DNA of 64,000 nucleotides from Plasmodiophora brassicae (Eukaryota): NCBI GenBank assembly GCA_036867785.1, contig CP145413.1, positions 558,001 to 622,000 of the forward strand, read 5' to 3'. Shown piece by piece: positions 62,158 to 64,000 of this stretch (position 1 is its first letter; each line of letters starts with the position of its first letter). The notes under the pieces were generated by a model. It saw only the letters and a program-made list of their open reading frames with translations, ran no database searches and was not told where the DNA came from. The position numbers and the translations under genes were made by a program.

Positions 62158-63936
62158 ATGGCTGCCGATGGCGATCGCGCTGGGCGACCGGGCCTGTCGC
62201 CCGCGCCGCCGTCCCGGAATCGGCGCCGGCGCTCCCGGTCGCCGCCGCGGAAACCCCGCCGTCGCCCGTCGACGTCGCCGACGCGTCGTCGACACGCGCG
62301 CCGATCCGCATCGCCCCGTCGACGCGCGTCCCCGCCCAGGAACGGGTATCGTCCTCGGTCCCGATCGCGCGAGCGACACCGCCGCCGTCCGTCCGACGAT
62401 GCGCATCGCGCCAGAGACGTACGCGATACGAGGCCCGCCCCCGCCGTCACCCAGGCGCCCCCGCCGGCCGCCATGCAGGTCGACGCGACGCCTGTCGACG
62501 TAGTACCGTTGGCAGCGACAACGAACGTGGAAGAGGACGACCCGGCGTACGCGGAACGCGTCGAGGCGGAGATGCAGGCGATCCTTGCGGAACAGGAGAA
62601 GACGGTGGACGCCGAGGACGAGCGTCGGAAGCGGCAGGAGCGACGGCGTGCCATGATGCAGGCCGTGCAGGGCGATGCCGCGCCGCCGCCCGCTGTCGAA
62701 CCGGCCGCGCCTATCCCGCCGCCTGCCATCGAGCAGCAGCCGAATGCGCCCGACGACGACGCCGTCCAGGAACGCCCGCCAGGCACCGCCAGCGTCGACA
62801 TCTTCGGGGACAGCCCGATCGCCGACGGCAAGGCGCTGTCGACCGGCGCCGACGTCGTCGGGGCACCCGCCGCCGACAACCTGCACCTGACCGACAACTG
62901 GGACGACGCCGAAGGGTACTACAGTTTCCGGCTGGGCGATCGCCTGCAGGACGGGCGGTACGAGGTGTTCGCCAACCAGGGCCGGGGCGTGTTCAGCACC
63001 GTGCTGCGCGTCCGCGATCGCCTGGCCGGCAACCGCGAGCTGGTCGTCAAGGTCATCCGCCTGAACGACGTCATGTTCAAGGCCGGGCAGAAGGAGATCA
63101 ACATGCTGAAGATCCTGGGGGCGAACGACCCCGAGAACCGGCGCCACTGCGTGCGCCTGCTGAACCACTTCGAGCACCGCGGCCACCTGTGCCTCGTGTT
63201 CGAGCCGCTCAGCATGAACCTGCGCGAGGTGCTCAAGAAGTACGGCGGCGTCGGCATCAACATCGATGGCGTTCGTAGCTACGCCCGGCAGCTGTTCACG
63301 GCGCTGCGCCTGCTGTCCAAGTGCAAGATCATCCACGCCGACATCAAGCCGGACAACATCCTCGTGAACGACGCGAAGAACATCGTGAAGCTGTGCGACT
63401 TCGGGTCGGCCGGCACCTTCACCGAGTGCGACATCACGCCGTACCTGGTCAGCCGGTTCTACCGGGCGCCCGAGATCATGCTCGGCCTGCCGTACGGCGC
63501 GCCCATCGACGTCTGGTCCATCGGGTGCGTCCTGTTCGAGCTGTTCACGGGCCAGATCCTGTTCAAGGGCGCCGACAACAACGAGATGCTGCTGAGGATC
63601 ATGGAGCTCAGGGGCAGCTTTCCCGTTAAACTCCTGCGAAAGGCGGCGTTCGCCGAGCACCACTTCGACGCCGACTTCGTGTTCGAGCGCCGCCGGGTCG
63701 ACAAGGTGACCAAGGCGGCGTTCAAGGTCAAGATGCGGATCGAGCGGCCGACCCGCGACCTGCACACGCTGCTGCGGCAGTCGGCCGGCCGCATGACGGA
63801 CGCCGACATGAAGGCGCTGAGCCAGCTCAAGGACCTCGTCGACAAGTGCCTGATCGTGGACCCGACCAAACGGATCACGCCCGAGGCCGCCAGGTCACAT
63901 CCGTTCCTGCAACAGGCGCCGCAGCCACAGACGTAA
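62158..63936 (+). CDS. PRPF4B: PRP4 kinase (CMGC, splicing)
   Basis: RS-rich N-terminus; LTDNWDDAEGYY; GRGVFSTV; HLCLVFEPLSMNLREVLKKYG; HADIKPDN; ITPYLVSRFYRAPE; intronless. Confidence 0.96.
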   Translation: MAADGDRAGRPGLSPAPPSRNRRRRSRSPPRKPRRRPSTSPTRRRHARRSASPRRRASPPRNGYRPRSRSRERHRRRPSDDAHRARDVRDTRPAPAVTQAPPPAAMQVDATPVDVVPLAATTNVEEDDPAYAERVEAEMQAILAEQEKTVDAEDERRKRQERRRAMMQAVQGDAAPPPAVEPAAPIPPPAIEQQPNAPDDDAVQERPPGTASVDIFGDSPIADGKALSTGADVVGAPAADNLHLTDNWDDAEGYYSFRLGDRLQDGRYEVFANQGRGVFSTVLRVRDRLAGNRELVVKVIRLNDVMFKAGQKEINMLKILGANDPENRRHCVRLLNHFEHRGHLCLVFEPLSMNLREVLKKYGGVGINIDGVRSYARQLFTALRLLSKCKIIHADIKPDNILVNDAKNIVKLCDFGSAGTFTECDITPYLVSRFYRAPEIMLGLPYGAPIDVWSIGCVLFELFTGQILFKGADNNEMLLRIMELRGSFPVKLLRKAAFAEHHFDADFVFERRRVDKVTKAAFKVKMRIERPTRDLHTLLRQSAGRMTDADMKALSQLKDLVDKCLIVDPTKRITPEAARSHPFLQQAPQPQT

Positions 63937-64000
63937 AACCGCCCTGATCAGACCTGAACGCGGTCGCCGAACCACAGCAGTGTTAACTAGTCATTATTCT

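Noticed and set aside
61936-63765. 609-aa minus-strand ORF
   Set aside because: Antisense shadow of the GC3-rich PRP4 kinase; the same applies to long overlapping ORFs over NUP107, IFT122 and the protease

Overview
Gene-dense, GC-rich eukaryotic DNA with many short (~50-70 nt) GT-AG introns. Flagellar/centriolar genes (IFT122, DNAAF1, a WRAP73 fragment, an LRR/Sfi1-like protein) point to a flagellated protist; the style resembles a phytomyxid such as Plasmodiophora, but that is inference only. About 30 genes are recognisable: mt-L35, MRS2-type Mg2+ channel, CK2 alpha, IFT122, PSMG2, NUP107, pepsin-like protease, guanine deaminase, MGMT, three 7TM-RGS genes, a bacterial-type AAA-ATPase-like protein, DNAAF1, NFU1, ACBP, DnaJ-thioredoxin, Herp-like UBL, RUS1, AlaX, AMT, glutaredoxin, SEM1 and PRP4 kinase. 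A PIF/Harbinger-type MITE (31-bp TIRs, TTA TSD) lies at 36.9-37.3 kb. A repeat/TE island (~43.2-51.2 kb) holds an apparently intact, intron-containing IS630/Tc1 DD34E transposase joined tail-to-tail to an uncharacterised ORF through a palindromic AATAAATTTATT. The island also holds a PKV-pentapeptide-repeat ORF and pieces of a degenerate repeat family also present at 2.6-3.6 kb. Spliced-gene coordinates are first ATG to stop, read by eye; no database search was run.
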